The position numbers were made by a program, and so were the translations under genes. A model generated the notes under the pieces. The model was not told the origin of the DNA, made no database searches, and was given only the letters and a program-made list of their open reading frames with translations. 64,000 nt of DNA from a virus: IMG/VR virus record IMGVR_UViG_3300009149_000012, positions 84,882-148,881 of that record, one strand, 5' to 3'. How positions within the stretch are numbered: the first letter of the stretch is position 1; every line of letters begins with the position of its first letter. Of this stretch, positions 1 to 10,208 are shown piece by piece.

Positions 1-2
1 CG

Positions 3-1364
3 GACAGACGAAGAATGACGTGCCAGGAAGTCAGCACCCTCGTGGCAGTTTGAGAAGGACTCCTGAGTCGAGAAGATGACGCCGTACAGACCCGCCTGCT
101 TGAACAGGGGGCCCCACTGGGCTTGGGTGGCCTGAAGGTCACGCTCGTCGAATGCGAGCCGAAGGGCTTGGGTCAACTCTTGCTCGCTGCGTCCCTTGAG
201 CATCTCCCGCCGCAAGAGCGCGATGATGGGGGCCGCATTGTGGGCTGCCACCGCTTCCATGTCGCTTGCCTGGCGCTCGACCATGAGCCCCGAAGCATGC
301 TGGATGAATTCGTCCTGGGCAGCCTTGGAGATCTCAGGCATCGGGGGCTGCTGTCCAACCCCAGTGTAAACCGGGAGCTTGCGGGGAGCGACAGCGCCGA
401 TCGATTCCTTGACCGTGGTGAGATCCGCAGCGCTGCGTGCCGAAGCAACCGCCTTGTAGGCTGTCTGGGCTTCGACCACCGTGATGCGTCCACCACCGAA
501 AGCTTCGTCGACCGCCTCGTTGGCTTTCTTCCGCTGGACTGTCAGATCCGCTTGAATCTGAATTGGCACCGGAGCCTTGGCCGGTCGAAGATCCCGTGCC
601 GGGTCGGGCACCGGGTGGGGGGCCTGAGCGGCGACCGCCACCGGGATGTCGGAAGCCTGGTAGGCCGCACGGATCCGCTCACGGGCGTCGAGGTTCTCGG
701 ATGCCGGGACCGACTTGCCCTTGGCCCGCTGGATCTTCTCGACGGTGTCGGCGAGAGCCGGGGTGTAGGGTACCTGAAGCACGATCTGCTTGTGGAACAC
801 AGAGCAGTTGTCGTTCTTCGCATGCACACACGAACTGCATTCCGGCTTGGCCTTGATGAAAGGCGTGTCCGAGGCGTACTGCTTGACGAACGTCTGAAGT
901 TGCTTCGGGGAGTTGTGGCAACCCGGCAAGTCCGACGCGTTGATGTAGTAGTTGCCCAAAAGCCCGATCTCATTCGTCAATGCGATCAGTTCTGACCGGA
1001 CCGCTTCCAACGACTGGCGATCGAACTTGTGAGCCAAGAACGACCCAATCTTGCGGCCGTCAGATGTACGCGTGAACAGCAACCGTGCGTACTTCATGAT
1101 GTCCGCTGGCGCCGTCCGAAGCGGACCATGCACCTCCGACATGTCCCCCATCGTACGGGGGGCGCCCGCCTGATTGGGCACGAAGTAAGCCGATGGGGGC
1201 TGCCCCTCATGCGACCAAGCCGCTTCCAGGTCCGGCAGGACGTCGAGGTTCTGCCTTGGAAGCGTTTCAAGCTTCTCGTAATCCTCTTCGCTGACTTCCA
1301 GCCAATCGAGGTTCGGAACGCTGCCGTCCTTCATGAAGTTTCCGAGATCTCCTAGATCACCCAT
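3..1364 (-). CDS. Large hypothetical (probable virion) protein, runs off window edge
   Basis: Open frame from ATG 1364 (MGDLGDLGNFMKDG...) to window start, read manually; Cys cluster CSSCVHAKNDNC; absent from ORF track because truncated. Confidence 0.75.
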   Translation of the reverse strand, partial: MGDLGDLGNFMKDGSVPNLDWLEVSEEDYEKLETLPRQNLDVLPDLEAAWSHEGQPPSAYFVPNQAGAPRTMGDMSEVHGPLRTAPADIMKYARLLFTRTSDGRKIGSFLAHKFDRQSLEAVRSELIALTNEIGLLGNYYINASDLPGCHNSPKQLQTFVKQYASDTPFIKAKPECSSCVHAKNDNCSVFHKQIVLQVPYTPALADTVEKIQRAKGKSVPASENLDARERIRAAYQASDIPVAVAAQAPHPVPDPARDLRPAKAPVPIQIQADLTVQRKKANEAVDEAFGGGRITVVEAQTAYKAVASARSAADLTTVKESIGAVAPRKLPVYTGVGQQPPMPEISKAAQDEFIQHASGLMVERQASDMEAVAAHNAAPIIALLRREMLKGRSEQELTQALRLAFDERDLQATQAQWGPLFKQAGLYGVIFSTQESFSNCHEGADFLARHSSSV

Positions 1365-1373
1365 TTGTCAACC

Positions 1374-2456
1374 TCACTTCGGACGTTCCATGCCTGGTGT
1401 TGTGATGCGCTCATAGCTGTACTCGACGCCAGGCGTCGTGATGTCTCGTTGCGGACCCGACGTGTAGTCAGTGGGTAGCCCACTTTCAGGGCCGGGTCCA
1501 TCATAGTCGAGAGCTTCGCCTTCGCCCTGGCCAAGACCGAAAGAATCACCCTCTGTGGGGGTTCCTGGGTCATTGGGAAGCGCTGACTCCCCATGGTGGC
1601 CTGGCGACGGTTGCTCTTTGAGATTGTTGTCCCAATCCGAGGGATAGTCGTACTCGTTCCAACCACCACCGTCGCTCTCGGACCAATCGTCCCGAACCGG
1701 GGGCTCGTCACGGTTGTAGGATCCGAAAGGACCGTCGCCTTCGGCGGGGCCACGATGGTCGACCCGGGGGCCACCAAGCGCATCGGGATTGTTGGTCGCG
1801 TCCGCAACCTTCCACGATTTCACGTCGAGGATCATTGCGACACGAGTTTTGCCACGGGGGGAACGGAGCCGGCGAGCCTGCTTTTCCGTCGACACAGGCT
1901 CGGCTTCCGACTGGTACTTGTCCGAGGTGGGGAGCTTCGAACCGGGTTCTTCCGTGCTGGTACCACCAGGTCCGTCGTTCTCTTTCTCGATCTCGGTCAT
2001 CTCTTTCTCAGCGTCCTCGGTAGGATCGTCGAGATTCTCACGAGATTCCTCGATGAAACGCTCGACATCTTCGGCCTCGTTGTCGTCGAGAAGGGCGAGC
2101 TTGGGCTGCCAGTGGGGGCCCCGGACTTCGTCGAAGATGGTATCGCTGATCTGCGAAAGGATCTCGCAGGCGTCGTGGAGCTTTCCACGCATGGCGGTCA
2201 CTTCCATGACGTAGCCCCGCCCGCCAAGCATCCCATCTGGGCTCACCGTGGCGCTCTTGACCCGGGAAAGCTGTCGGTAGGCTGTCAAGGCATGACCCAA
2301 GCTCACGCTCGTGGCCCACAGCGCCTTAGCCATTGGCTTGAGCGCACGGGGATCAAAGGCATGGTCTTTGGGGATGTTACGTTGGCCCGGGCCCGGAGGT
2401 TCTTGAGGATCCTCCATCGGGGGGAACGCCGCCGTTTTGACCTTCCACTTGTCCAT
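1374..2456 (-). CDS. Hypothetical acidic, low-complexity protein
   Basis: ORF 1374..2537, start moved to MDKWKVKTAA just after upstream stop. Confidence 0.7.
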   Translation of the reverse strand: MDKWKVKTAAFPPMEDPQEPPGPGQRNIPKDHAFDPRALKPMAKALWATSVSLGHALTAYRQLSRVKSATVSPDGMLGGRGYVMEVTAMRGKLHDACEILSQISDTIFDEVRGPHWQPKLALLDDNEAEDVERFIEESRENLDDPTEDAEKEMTEIEKENDGPGGTSTEEPGSKLPTSDKYQSEAEPVSTEKQARRLRSPRGKTRVAMILDVKSWKVADATNNPDALGGPRVDHRGPAEGDGPFGSYNRDEPPVRDDWSESDGGGWNEYDYPSDWDNNLKEQPSPGHHGESALPNDPGTPTEGDSFGLGQGEGEALDYDGPGPESGLPTDYTSGPQRDITTPGVEYSYERITTPGMERPK

Positions 2457-2458
2457 GA

Positions 2459-2719
2459 TCAACCTTTGACCGGGCCGGAACCTGAATCGAAGAGACGCTC
2501 GATTACGAATGCTTCGCCGTCTCGCCGCATAGACCACAGATCCTGTTCGCTCTTGTGGACCAACGTATCTTCGCTCACACGGACGAAACCCGCAAGCTCT
2601 TGCAAAGACGCGATCCGTCGTCGGGCAATCGGGCGAATCAGTTCAGGTGAGGTTTCGAAAAGCGCGTCCATCCCGCATGCGCCTTGCGTTTGAATACTTC
2701 CAAGATCGAACTTGCTCAT
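2459..2719 (-). CDS. Hypothetical protein
   Basis: Tightly packed, GAGG RBS. Confidence 0.7.
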   Translation of the reverse strand: MSKFDLGSIQTQGACGMDALFETSPELIRPIARRRIASLQELAGFVRVSEDTLVHKSEQDLWSMRRDGEAFVIERLFDSGSGPVKG

Positions 2720-2726
2720 TGATTCC

Positions 2727-3629
2727 TCACGAGACGATGAGAATGATCGTGACGTCTACATGTCCGTTGCTGCTGTAACCACTGACACGAAGGATTGTCT
2801 CATAGGTGCCGGGGGTCAAGTCGTCGGGAGGCTGAACCGAAACCGTAACAAGGTCGTCAAAGCCACCGAGAACCGTGCCGGAAACCGGGGACCATCCTGA
2901 GAGCCACGATTCGATACACGTTAATGCTTGCACCTGGTAGTCGAGGACCGACGCTGCCGGTCCTGTGTTCCGTACCAAGAAAGTCTGTGTTGGGAGAGTC
3001 GGGAAGGGACCACCAGCGGGCTTGGTCACCGTAAACAGCAAAGTCGCTGGGACCACCTCGAACACGGCCTTGGGCCGAACGTTGATGGTCACCGGGAAAA
3101 CCTGTGGACTGTTGGTCGCGTCCGTGTCCTGAACGGTGATGGTCTCGGAGTACGGAGTAAGAACCGAATTCAGGTTTGTCGAGTCAACGAGAGCGCTGAA
3201 AGTTCCGCCCTCATTGGAAGCAAGATTACCCACGAGGGTCGGGGTAACCCGAAGATACGAAGCGGACGAGATCAGCGACGCGCTAAGCATCGAGCCGAAA
3301 ACGCCTGAGTTTGTAATCAGAACTTCCTGTGGAAGCGTCAAGCCTCGACCCTCATCCACATCGAAAACCAATGAGGGAGGGGGGCCCATCAAGATGGTGG
3401 GCTTGAAGTTGGCCTTGAGTTGCACGATCGAGTCATGCATCGCCGTGACGATGTCACCCGGAATCGGGATGCTGTCTCGATACAGACCCCACGGAGTCTG
3501 GAGATCCAAGACCTGAAAAATCACGCAGGCGCTTGAAACGTCCATGCGCGTAGTCCACCGCCAAACCCCAGCAGGCACGCGCTGCTCGAATTGATAGTCC
3601 TGGTGACGTAGATTGATCGCTTGGGTCAT
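2727..3629 (-). CDS. Putative structural protein with two Ig-like/BACON-like beta domains
   Basis: Repeated beta-rich pattern (ITNSG...V.P..G / VRNTG...SP.SG...PGTY). Confidence 0.55.
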   Translation of the reverse strand: MTQAINLRHQDYQFEQRVPAGVWRWTTRMDVSSACVIFQVLDLQTPWGLYRDSIPIPGDIVTAMHDSIVQLKANFKPTILMGPPPSLVFDVDEGRGLTLPQEVLITNSGVFGSMLSASLISSASYLRVTPTLVGNLASNEGGTFSALVDSTNLNSVLTPYSETITVQDTDATNSPQVFPVTINVRPKAVFEVVPATLLFTVTKPAGGPFPTLPTQTFLVRNTGPAASVLDYQVQALTCIESWLSGWSPVSGTVLGGFDDLVTVSVQPPDDLTPGTYETILRVSGYSSNGHVDVTIILIVS

Positions 3630-3680
3630 GGACGCTCCGGTTCTGTCAGAGCGCTTGTATCAAAAGAACATGACCAAACG

Positions 3681-4007
3681 CTAGCGAGGGGCCAACAGAC
3701 GATGGACCCAGTCGTGCCATTCATCCAACAAAAGGCGCTCAACGTAGGCACCAAGCGGCTTGGTACGCTTATCCTGAACAGCTACCGAAAGCAGCCCGCC
3801 CGTGGCTGAAGCCTCAACGATTGCCTCGAAGATCATGGCCGGCATGACCACCGGAACCTTTAGTTCCAAGGACACGCTGATCTCGAAAACCTCGACTTTC
3901 GAAAAGTCGTCCTCACGAGTTTTGAGGTGTTTCATCCGAAGGAACGTCACCACCGTCTCGATGCGGTCCTTGATCTTCGTGCTGGCCGTTCGATCGTAGC
4001 TGTACAT
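3681..4007 (-). CDS. Hypothetical protein
   Basis: ATG 12 nt after GGTGTA motif; N-terminal MYSYDRTA. Confidence 0.65.
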   Translation of the reverse strand: MYSYDRTASTKIKDRIETVVTFLRMKHLKTREDDFSKVEVFEISVSLELKVPVVMPAMIFEAIVEASATGGLLSVAVQDKRTKPLGAYVERLLLDEWHDWVHRLLAPR

Positions 4008-4031
4008 GGTGACTTTGATTACACCAGTGCT

Positions 4032-4667
4032 TTAACAACACTCATCGCCGCCCCGCCCCGCCCACTGCGGGAGCTTCACCTCTCGCAAGATGTTGAACTT
4101 CTTTCCAGCAATTGCCGAAAAGATTTCGAGGTAGGGTTGTAGGGATTCGTTGGTGGGGGCCTTCTCACGAAGGGCAGCGACGGCACGGAAGAAACGATGG
4201 CGCACGCGACCTTGGGTCAGGCCAAGGGCTTCGGCGACTTCGCTCTGACACGTCGTTTCCCACATGCCGACCAGGATGTTGACGTCGATGCTGTCTTTGA
4301 AGAGTGTTGGAAGATCTCGGCGAAGTTCTTCCTCGGAGACGGAGGGGATGCTCAAGAGGAACTTGATCCGTTTGATCCCCCGGTCGAGACGGTAACTGAC
4401 GGCTGCCTGCGTGATGCCAAAGATGATGGCGATGTCGGCCTGCCGCTTGTGGGAAATGAAGTACAGTTCGATGAGATCCGCTTCACGGGCTGGGATCCGG
4501 GGTAGGAGCGGGGCGACCTGTTCCTCGAAGGTTGGAACGTCGTCCGTTAGCTGTTCTGGCAGCGACTCCCCGTCCCACTCCTCGAAGAATTGGAGCAGTG
4601 TGTCGGGAGCAGCGAAGCGTGTTGCGATTTGTGCGGGGTCGAGAGGGATCACATAGCCACTGCTCAC
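4032..4667 (-). CDS. Sigma-70 region-4-like protein with tandem HTHs
   Basis: RQADIAIIFGITQAAVSYRL and QSEVAEALGLTQGRVRHR. Confidence 0.75.
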   Translation of the reverse strand: MSSGYVIPLDPAQIATRFAAPDTLLQFFEEWDGESLPEQLTDDVPTFEEQVAPLLPRIPAREADLIELYFISHKRQADIAIIFGITQAAVSYRLDRGIKRIKFLLSIPSVSEEELRRDLPTLFKDSIDVNILVGMWETTCQSEVAEALGLTQGRVRHRFFRAVAALREKAPTNESLQPYLEIFSAIAGKKFNILREVKLPQWAGRGGDECC

Positions 4668-4676
4668 GAGGGCCTC

Positions 4677-6452
4677 CTACTTGGCCCGGTTTCCACTCTT
4701 GAGGAACCCGGCAGACGGTCGAAAGAACGTTTCGAGAAAATCTTCGGGGTTCACATCTACATCTTGGAGGTGCTGCGTAGCAGCGGCCTCATCTTCACTC
4801 GGATCGACGGTCTCGAACGGAATGTCTGTCCGAATGGACATGAGATCTGCATTCAGCTTGACCCTGATCTCGGCATCACGCAATCGTTGGTACTGAGATT
4901 TGGTCACCCCGGCGAGTCCAGAAGCGAAGATTCCGTCGACAGTATCATGAGAACGTACCAGTGATGCAAGAATTTTCTTAGGAACACGGCCCACTCCGGG
5001 GAGATTGTCCGACGTATCCCCCGCAAGTGCCCGAAGAGAAACCATTTTCTCTGGGGGAACGTTGTACTCGAATTCGACCAAGTCAGGATCGAATAGGATC
5101 TCTTTTCGACCACCGACGGACGGGACGAGAAGCACATCCGTGCGCGTCACAAGTTGAAGGAAGTCTCGGTCCGTCGAGATGATCACGTTCCGGTCGCCCT
5201 TGAGAGGGCCTCGAACCAACGTTCCGATGACGTCGTCGGCCTCTTCCTCAGGGTGAAACGCCTGTGCAATGCCCAGGTTGGGGAGCAAGTTGTCTCGCAG
5301 GTAGGTAATCTGATCGAAAAGCGGCACCCCATGGGGCTTTCGATTGGCCTTGTACTCGGGATTCAAAGCCTTTCGCCGTTGACTCGACCCATCCCAGCAC
5401 ACGAAGAACATCGCGTCGTGATAGCGCTTGCGCAGTGCGCCAAGGCTTCGCAAAAACGCGTAGATCACACCGGTCGGCCGACCTTTTGAATCCGCTAGAT
5501 CTTGCATGCCCGGTGCGTACAACGCACGGAACGCCATGTTATGCCCGTCTACGATGATGTTGCTGATCATGTCGTCACCCTCGAATTCCTGACACCGTTG
5601 GTTTACACCGTCGATCCAGGACCACTTTCGGAAAGCGTCTCGAAGCGGAACCAAATCGAGACTGGGGATGGGCTTGTTCAAGATTTGAGTTTGTTCAAGC
5701 CACTGAGTCAGCATATGCCAGCGCTGTAGAAGGGCTGCCGCCTGAGACATGTCGAGCATGTCGACATCCTCTGCGATCTTCGAAGGCTGAAGCTGTTGGT
5801 AGAAGGACAATACCCGGGAGTATTCTTGAAAACCGTCCCGGATGGGCACGATCTGACCCGCCCACCCGGCTACGACCTGAGCCTCTTGTGCCCAAGCCTT
5901 CAACTCCTGCACTCGTTTCAAAAACGTCATAGGGCGAGCTTTACGAACCAGTTGCAAGAACGAACGGGGAAGGGTGAGCAGTGACTGCTTGGACCGAAGC
6001 TGCACGAAGACCTGGACGGACTGTTTCTCTGGGATTTCCTCGACCACCGTCGCCTGAATGTTTCGGTAGGGGCCCGAAAGAATCAGAACTGTGTCGTCGA
6101 CGCCGATCCCTTGATCTACCTCAGCATTGGCCTGTTTTTTGAACTTGTTGATCTCCCGATCCGATATGGTCGCCAGGCAACGACACCGCCCCGTGCCTTG
6201 GGTTAAGATCGCCGCAACGTAACGATTCGAATTGGGGAGACGAAGGTAGTCGGAGTCGGGGCGCGTTCGCTGAGCAAACGCGTAGCCATCCACCAAGTAG
6301 TGCACCATGCGGTCGTCGCCGATCTGCGTGACGACGGCTGGGATGTACACCTCGGTGCCTCTCAACGCCTTGGAGATTGACCGTTGGAGAATCTCTGGAT
6401 CCTCCCCATCACTTTTTGAGTTGAGGGCCAGCACGACCCAATCAGTCGTCAT
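4677..6452 (-). CDS. NusG-like (NGN+KOW) domain fused in-frame to PolI-type 5'-3' exonuclease
   Basis: KOW-like VDDTVLILSGPY; nuclease motifs IVDGHN, YKANR, EADDVIG, STDRD, GDTSDNLPGV; possible internal start at 5570. Confidence 0.85.
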   Translation of the reverse strand: MTTDWVVLALNSKSDGEDPEILQRSISKALRGTEVYIPAVVTQIGDDRMVHYLVDGYAFAQRTRPDSDYLRLPNSNRYVAAILTQGTGRCRCLATISDREINKFKKQANAEVDQGIGVDDTVLILSGPYRNIQATVVEEIPEKQSVQVFVQLRSKQSLLTLPRSFLQLVRKARPMTFLKRVQELKAWAQEAQVVAGWAGQIVPIRDGFQEYSRVLSFYQQLQPSKIAEDVDMLDMSQAAALLQRWHMLTQWLEQTQILNKPIPSLDLVPLRDAFRKWSWIDGVNQRCQEFEGDDMISNIIVDGHNMAFRALYAPGMQDLADSKGRPTGVIYAFLRSLGALRKRYHDAMFFVCWDGSSQRRKALNPEYKANRKPHGVPLFDQITYLRDNLLPNLGIAQAFHPEEEADDVIGTLVRGPLKGDRNVIISTDRDFLQLVTRTDVLLVPSVGGRKEILFDPDLVEFEYNVPPEKMVSLRALAGDTSDNLPGVGRVPKKILASLVRSHDTVDGIFASGLAGVTKSQYQRLRDAEIRVKLNADLMSIRTDIPFETVDPSEDEAAATQHLQDVDVNPEDFLETFFRPSAGFLKSGNRAK

Positions 6453-7801
6453 CAAGGCCACGTCCGATCAAAGAGGGCCGTCCACTCGGCTGGCGACATG
6501 GTGGTGTTGAAGCCAACCGAGTCAAAGCGGGGTGGTGCGATAGCCTTCGCAGGCCGTGAGCCCCGGGGATGGTCCGCTGGAATCCCGTACGTGTCGACTT
6601 CCGTATGTGCGTACGGGTCGTCGCCCAGATTCCCAATGGTCTGGGGAAGCTTGGGTGCCGGTGTCGGGGTTGGTGCAGGGGTGGGCTGTGGTGCCACCTC
6701 GGAAGCCGCTTGTGGGGCAACCGGTTGGGGAGCGGCAGGGACCATGAGCGGCGCGCTGAGAACCGGCTGCGCTACCGGAGCGGTCACAACCAAGATCGCC
6801 TCACACACGAGCGACGTTCGGGTAACAGATCGCAAGTTGGCGAACCTCGAAGCCAACCTGATCACTGAATCGCCGTACTTCTTGTGAACCTCTTCCGCCA
6901 AGGTTTTGTCCAGGGCAGAATGGTCGACGAACATGTTGTTCGCCCACCGATACGAGTTCATGGCGGCTTCAGCGATTCCAGCGGCGACGTCACCGGGTTG
7001 CACCTGTTCACAAGCTGACTCGATGAATGCCGCTGCTTGAGCCGGCGTGTCGAGCTTGAGCAAGATCTCGAAGTAAGTCTTGGTGAGGGACAGGCGCAGA
7101 TAGCCCCGAACCGATTCGAGGGTGACGGGGCCCATCTGGGAGATCATCTCCAAACGGTTCATGACGTCCCGGACGTGACCCTGACAGTAGTCGATGACCG
7201 TGAGCACACCCTCATCCTCAAACTCGACGCCTTCAGCCTTGAGGATGAAAGCCATCCGCTCGAAGATGTCTTCCGGTGTGATGCGCCGAATCGAATGTTC
7301 TTCACAGCGAGAACGGATCGTCCCCCGGATCTTCTCGGGCTCGGTCGTGCAAAAGATGCCCACCATTCGCTTGTCTTCGATGGGCTTGAGCAAGACATCC
7401 TGCGAATCCCGACTCATTCGGTGCATTTCGTCGAACAGGAAGATCCGTTTGATGGCGTCAAGTACCGCAAAGGGCAGGTTGTCCACGATCGCCCGGATGT
7501 GCTCGATCGTTCCTTTGCTCGCTGCATCCAACTCGCTGAACGCCTGGCTGTTTTCCTCCAGGATGCTTATGCAGTTGTCGCATTCGTTGCAGGGCTCCTG
7601 ATCCTCCGTCAAAGCCTGGCAGAGCAGTGCTCTCGCCAGAATTCGGCTAAGAGTTGTCTTGCCCTGTCCATGCCCCCCGCTGAAGATGTAGCTCGTGTTC
7701 AGGGCAGAACCGGACTTAAGGCGCGCTTTGAGGATTTGGATCGCACCTTCCTGCCCCAACACATCCGAGAACCTCAGCGGTCGGTACTTGACGTCCCACA
7801 T
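6452..7801 (-). CDS. dnaX: DNA polymerase III gamma/tau subunit
   Basis: KYRP..F..VLGQ, GGHGQGKTT, PCNECDNC, ELDAAS, DEMH, IRSRC. Confidence 0.93.
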   Translation of the reverse strand: MWDVKYRPLRFSDVLGQEGAIQILKARLKSGSALNTSYIFSGGHGQGKTTLSRILARALLCQALTEDQEPCNECDNCISILEENSQAFSELDAASKGTIEHIRAIVDNLPFAVLDAIKRIFLFDEMHRMSRDSQDVLLKPIEDKRMVGIFCTTEPEKIRGTIRSRCEEHSIRRITPEDIFERMAFILKAEGVEFEDEGVLTVIDYCQGHVRDVMNRLEMISQMGPVTLESVRGYLRLSLTKTYFEILLKLDTPAQAAAFIESACEQVQPGDVAAGIAEAAMNSYRWANNMFVDHSALDKTLAEEVHKKYGDSVIRLASRFANLRSVTRTSLVCEAILVVTAPVAQPVLSAPLMVPAAPQPVAPQAASEVAPQPTPAPTPTPAPKLPQTIGNLGDDPYAHTEVDTYGIPADHPRGSRPAKAIAPPRFDSVGFNTTMSPAEWTALFDRTWP

Positions 7802-7813
7802 GGGATAGACCCC

Positions 7814-8311
7814 CTAGCCGTGAGATTCCTGGCGTTCTTGCGTTGCCTCCGTTTGCTCGGGCTCGTCGAAATCGGCGATGTCGATCTGGGAGGCGATTTC
7901 GGTGAAGCCCTGCAAGTCCTCGTTCCATGCGCCGTGCCGACGAAGAATGGACGAGAATTCCTGCACGTCGTGGCTGCGCATGGACCACTTCATGGTGGCG
8001 CCCGGATCTTCCGGATCTTCCTCGCCGAAGCAATGCTCCAACTCGTGGTCGACAAGCGCCGTCCGTTGCTCGGCCGTCATGGGGTTCCACTGGTCCAGCG
8101 CGACCATGACCACGAAGTCCAGGTCCAACAGGAACTGGTTGACGCCCGTGATCTTTGTTGCGCTGGCTGCCGTGATCTTGCCGCCCTTCGTCGACGCCTT
8201 GTCAACGAACACGTACCGGATCCTTGCCGTTGCCAGGTGGGGGTGATGGGTTGGGATGAGCACGTTCGCCAATGCCTCAACCGCTTCTGCATTCTCGTAA
8301 GTCTTAGCCAT
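7814..8311 (-). CDS. Putative phage metallopeptidase
   Basis: LVDHELEHC (HExxH) and HDVQEF...RHG motif. Confidence 0.75.
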   Translation of the reverse strand: MAKTYENAEAVEALANVLIPTHHPHLATARIRYVFVDKASTKGGKITAASATKITGVNQFLLDLDFVVMVALDQWNPMTAEQRTALVDHELEHCFGEEDPEDPGATMKWSMRSHDVQEFSSILRRHGAWNEDLQGFTEIASQIDIADFDEPEQTEATQERQESHG

Positions 8312-8993
8312 CTGTCATTTTCTCCTGAAGAAACGCCTGAAGCTTGTCATCTCCCCAGGCGAGCCACAAATCAGCGGGATCCTTCGCCAGCTTCCCATCT
8401 ACAAGGAACGCCTCAGGATACCGCAAGCTCTCGATATGGAAAAGGTCTCCATGTGCACTTTTCGCCTCATCGAAACCTTTCCTCCCAGCACTGTCCCTGT
8501 CGTACAAGAACCACGCCTTGCCCACGAGTCGGTGAAGCAAGCGAGCGAATGAATTGGTCAAAGTCGCCGTCTGCGTCGCAACCGTGGCGGGTTCAGCACG
8601 TTGGCATGGAAACAAGTCAAAGGCACCCTCAACGAGCAAGACCTTCTCGCTCTCCCAGATATGAGGGGCGGCTTGTCCAAGCCCAAAGAAGGTGGGTTCC
8701 GGGAAGTCGGGGGCATGCCACGTCATGTAGCCCTTGATCTTCTCGTGAATACTCCGGAATTGGATCCCCGTGAGGTTTCCGAGAATGTTGGTCAGGGGTA
8801 GGACGTGGGACTGCTTGATGTCGTACCGGCGAATGAAACGACCAAGGGACGGCGGGGTATTGTCGGGAGCCCCTTCCATGTACCCAAGTCGAAATAGCTC
8901 GATTTGGTCATCCGACACCCCTCGACTCCAAAGGGCATCGAGTGCTTCCGACGTCAGGGCGTCATGCGCGCAATCGACAAACGAGTCCAACAT
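8304..8993 (-). CDS. dnaG: DnaG-like primase catalytic/TOPRIM domain
   Basis: LWSRG...FRLGY, VEGAFD, YDRDSAG, KDPAD; lacks N-terminal Zn finger; start reassigned. Confidence 0.8.
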   Translation of the reverse strand: MLDSFVDCAHDALTSEALDALWSRGVSDDQIELFRLGYMEGAPDNTPPSLGRFIRRYDIKQSHVLPLTNILGNLTGIQFRSIHEKIKGYMTWHAPDFPEPTFFGLGQAAPHIWESEKVLLVEGAFDLFPCQRAEPATVATQTATLTNSFARLLHRLVGKAWFLYDRDSAGRKGFDEAKSAHGDLFHIESLRYPEAFLVDGKLAKDPADLWLAWGDDKLQAFLQEKMTDG

Positions 8994-9004
8994 GTCCCCA
9001 TGTC

Positions 9005-9523
9005 CTACACCTTGTCGCCGGACGAAAGCAATTTTCCGATGTCCACAGGGTCTTTTTTCGCTCGGCCCGTGACCCAGTGCCAGATTCGGCGCCACCACGG
9101 TACCTGAAGCTCGATTTGCCCGATGACCCACAGAAGGTTGTAGGCATGAGGCATGTGCTCCTGCACCCACTCGATCGACGTGATGTCCTGCTTGAACTGC
9201 GAGACAATCTGTTCCTGTGAGACAATCGGCGTGAAATATGGGCAACGCTCTGCGTCAATCTGATCCTCGCAGATGGTGCCACCCCACACTTCTGGATCTT
9301 CGGAGCCGTAGAGGCATAGCCCAATCGTCTTGGTGGTGCCCTCAATCCGGTTATACATGGGGTTCGAACCACCATCGACCCCCTGCTTTTGGACGTCGAG
9401 GGGTTGGCGATGGTTGTATTTGCAGCGCTCCGGGAAACGGGCAGCCGCATCCTGGAAGCGACGGTTCAACTCCTCTTGGAACACTTCCCTGATTCGGTCC
9501 CGAACTTCATTCTCGCTTCGCAT
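9005..9523 (-). CDS. Hypothetical Cys-containing protein
   Basis: Start reassigned to MRSENEVR. Confidence 0.65.
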   Translation of the reverse strand: MRSENEVRDRIREVFQEELNRRFQDAAARFPERCKYNHRQPLDVQKQGVDGGSNPMYNRIEGTTKTIGLCLYGSEDPEVWGGTICEDQIDAERCPYFTPIVSQEQIVSQFKQDITSIEWVQEHMPHAYNLLWVIGQIELQVPWWRRIWHWVTGRAKKDPVDIGKLLSSGDKV

Positions 9524-10208
9524 CTGACCCCCTTGCCAGCCGAATGGAGAGGTGTCTGGCGCCGTCCTCGACCACCTGAGAGCAATGGTAGGCTCTCTTG
9601 GCATAGGTGGCGTAGGAGCGTTGCTGCGTCACGAGAAGCACATCCAAAGCGCTGCGGTCGGCTAGCTTTCGCAAAAACTCAGCGGCGCCCTCGATATATT
9701 CCGGGGAGATGGCACCAAGCGTCTCGTCAAGAAACAGCATTGGAGCCCGACGAAGCCGTAGCAAAGTGAGGATTCGAAGAATCAGGGAGGCCACGCTTGA
9801 GGGACCACCCCCGAACGCTTCCAAGGGGTTGTCTCGGATCTCGACCCGATCCCCCTGTTGAACGACGAAAAACTCGATCGAAACCTTGTTGTACTTCGTC
9901 GAGACTTCTGCCTCGAAGCGTAGGTTCTGATCTGGGAAGATTGCCTGAAGCCCCTCAGTGACGATCGACTCGATGCTGCGCATGTGATCGACCACCAACT
10001 GATCCATGAGCGCACGGAAAAGCTCACCGACCTTGAGGAGGCGTGTCTGACGCTCTTCAAGGTCCGTGATCTCCTGCCTTTTGGCACCTAATTCCGTCGC
10101 TACGTGATCCCGAAGCGTGATGAGACGAGTCCGGTTGGCTGACAAACGCTCGACACGCCCGGATAGATCACTCAGAGGTAGGACGGCATGTACCGAGTCA
10201 GCACACAC
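9507..10208 (-). CDS. SbcC/Rad50-like ATPase, C-terminal half
   Basis: Coiled coil, signature-like FGGG, Walker B LFLDE; start uncertain. Confidence 0.8.
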   Translation of the reverse strand: MCADSVHAVLPLSDLSGRVERLSANRTRLITLRDHVATELGAKRQEITDLEERQTRLLKVGELFRALMDQLVVDHMRSIESIVTEGLQAIFPDQNLRFEAEVSTKYNKVSIEFFVVQQGDRVEIRDNPLEAFGGGPSSVASLILRILTLLRLRRAPMLFLDETLGAISPEYIEGAAEFLRKLADRSALDVLLVTQQRSYATYAKRAYHCSQVVEDGARHLSIRLARGSDAKRE

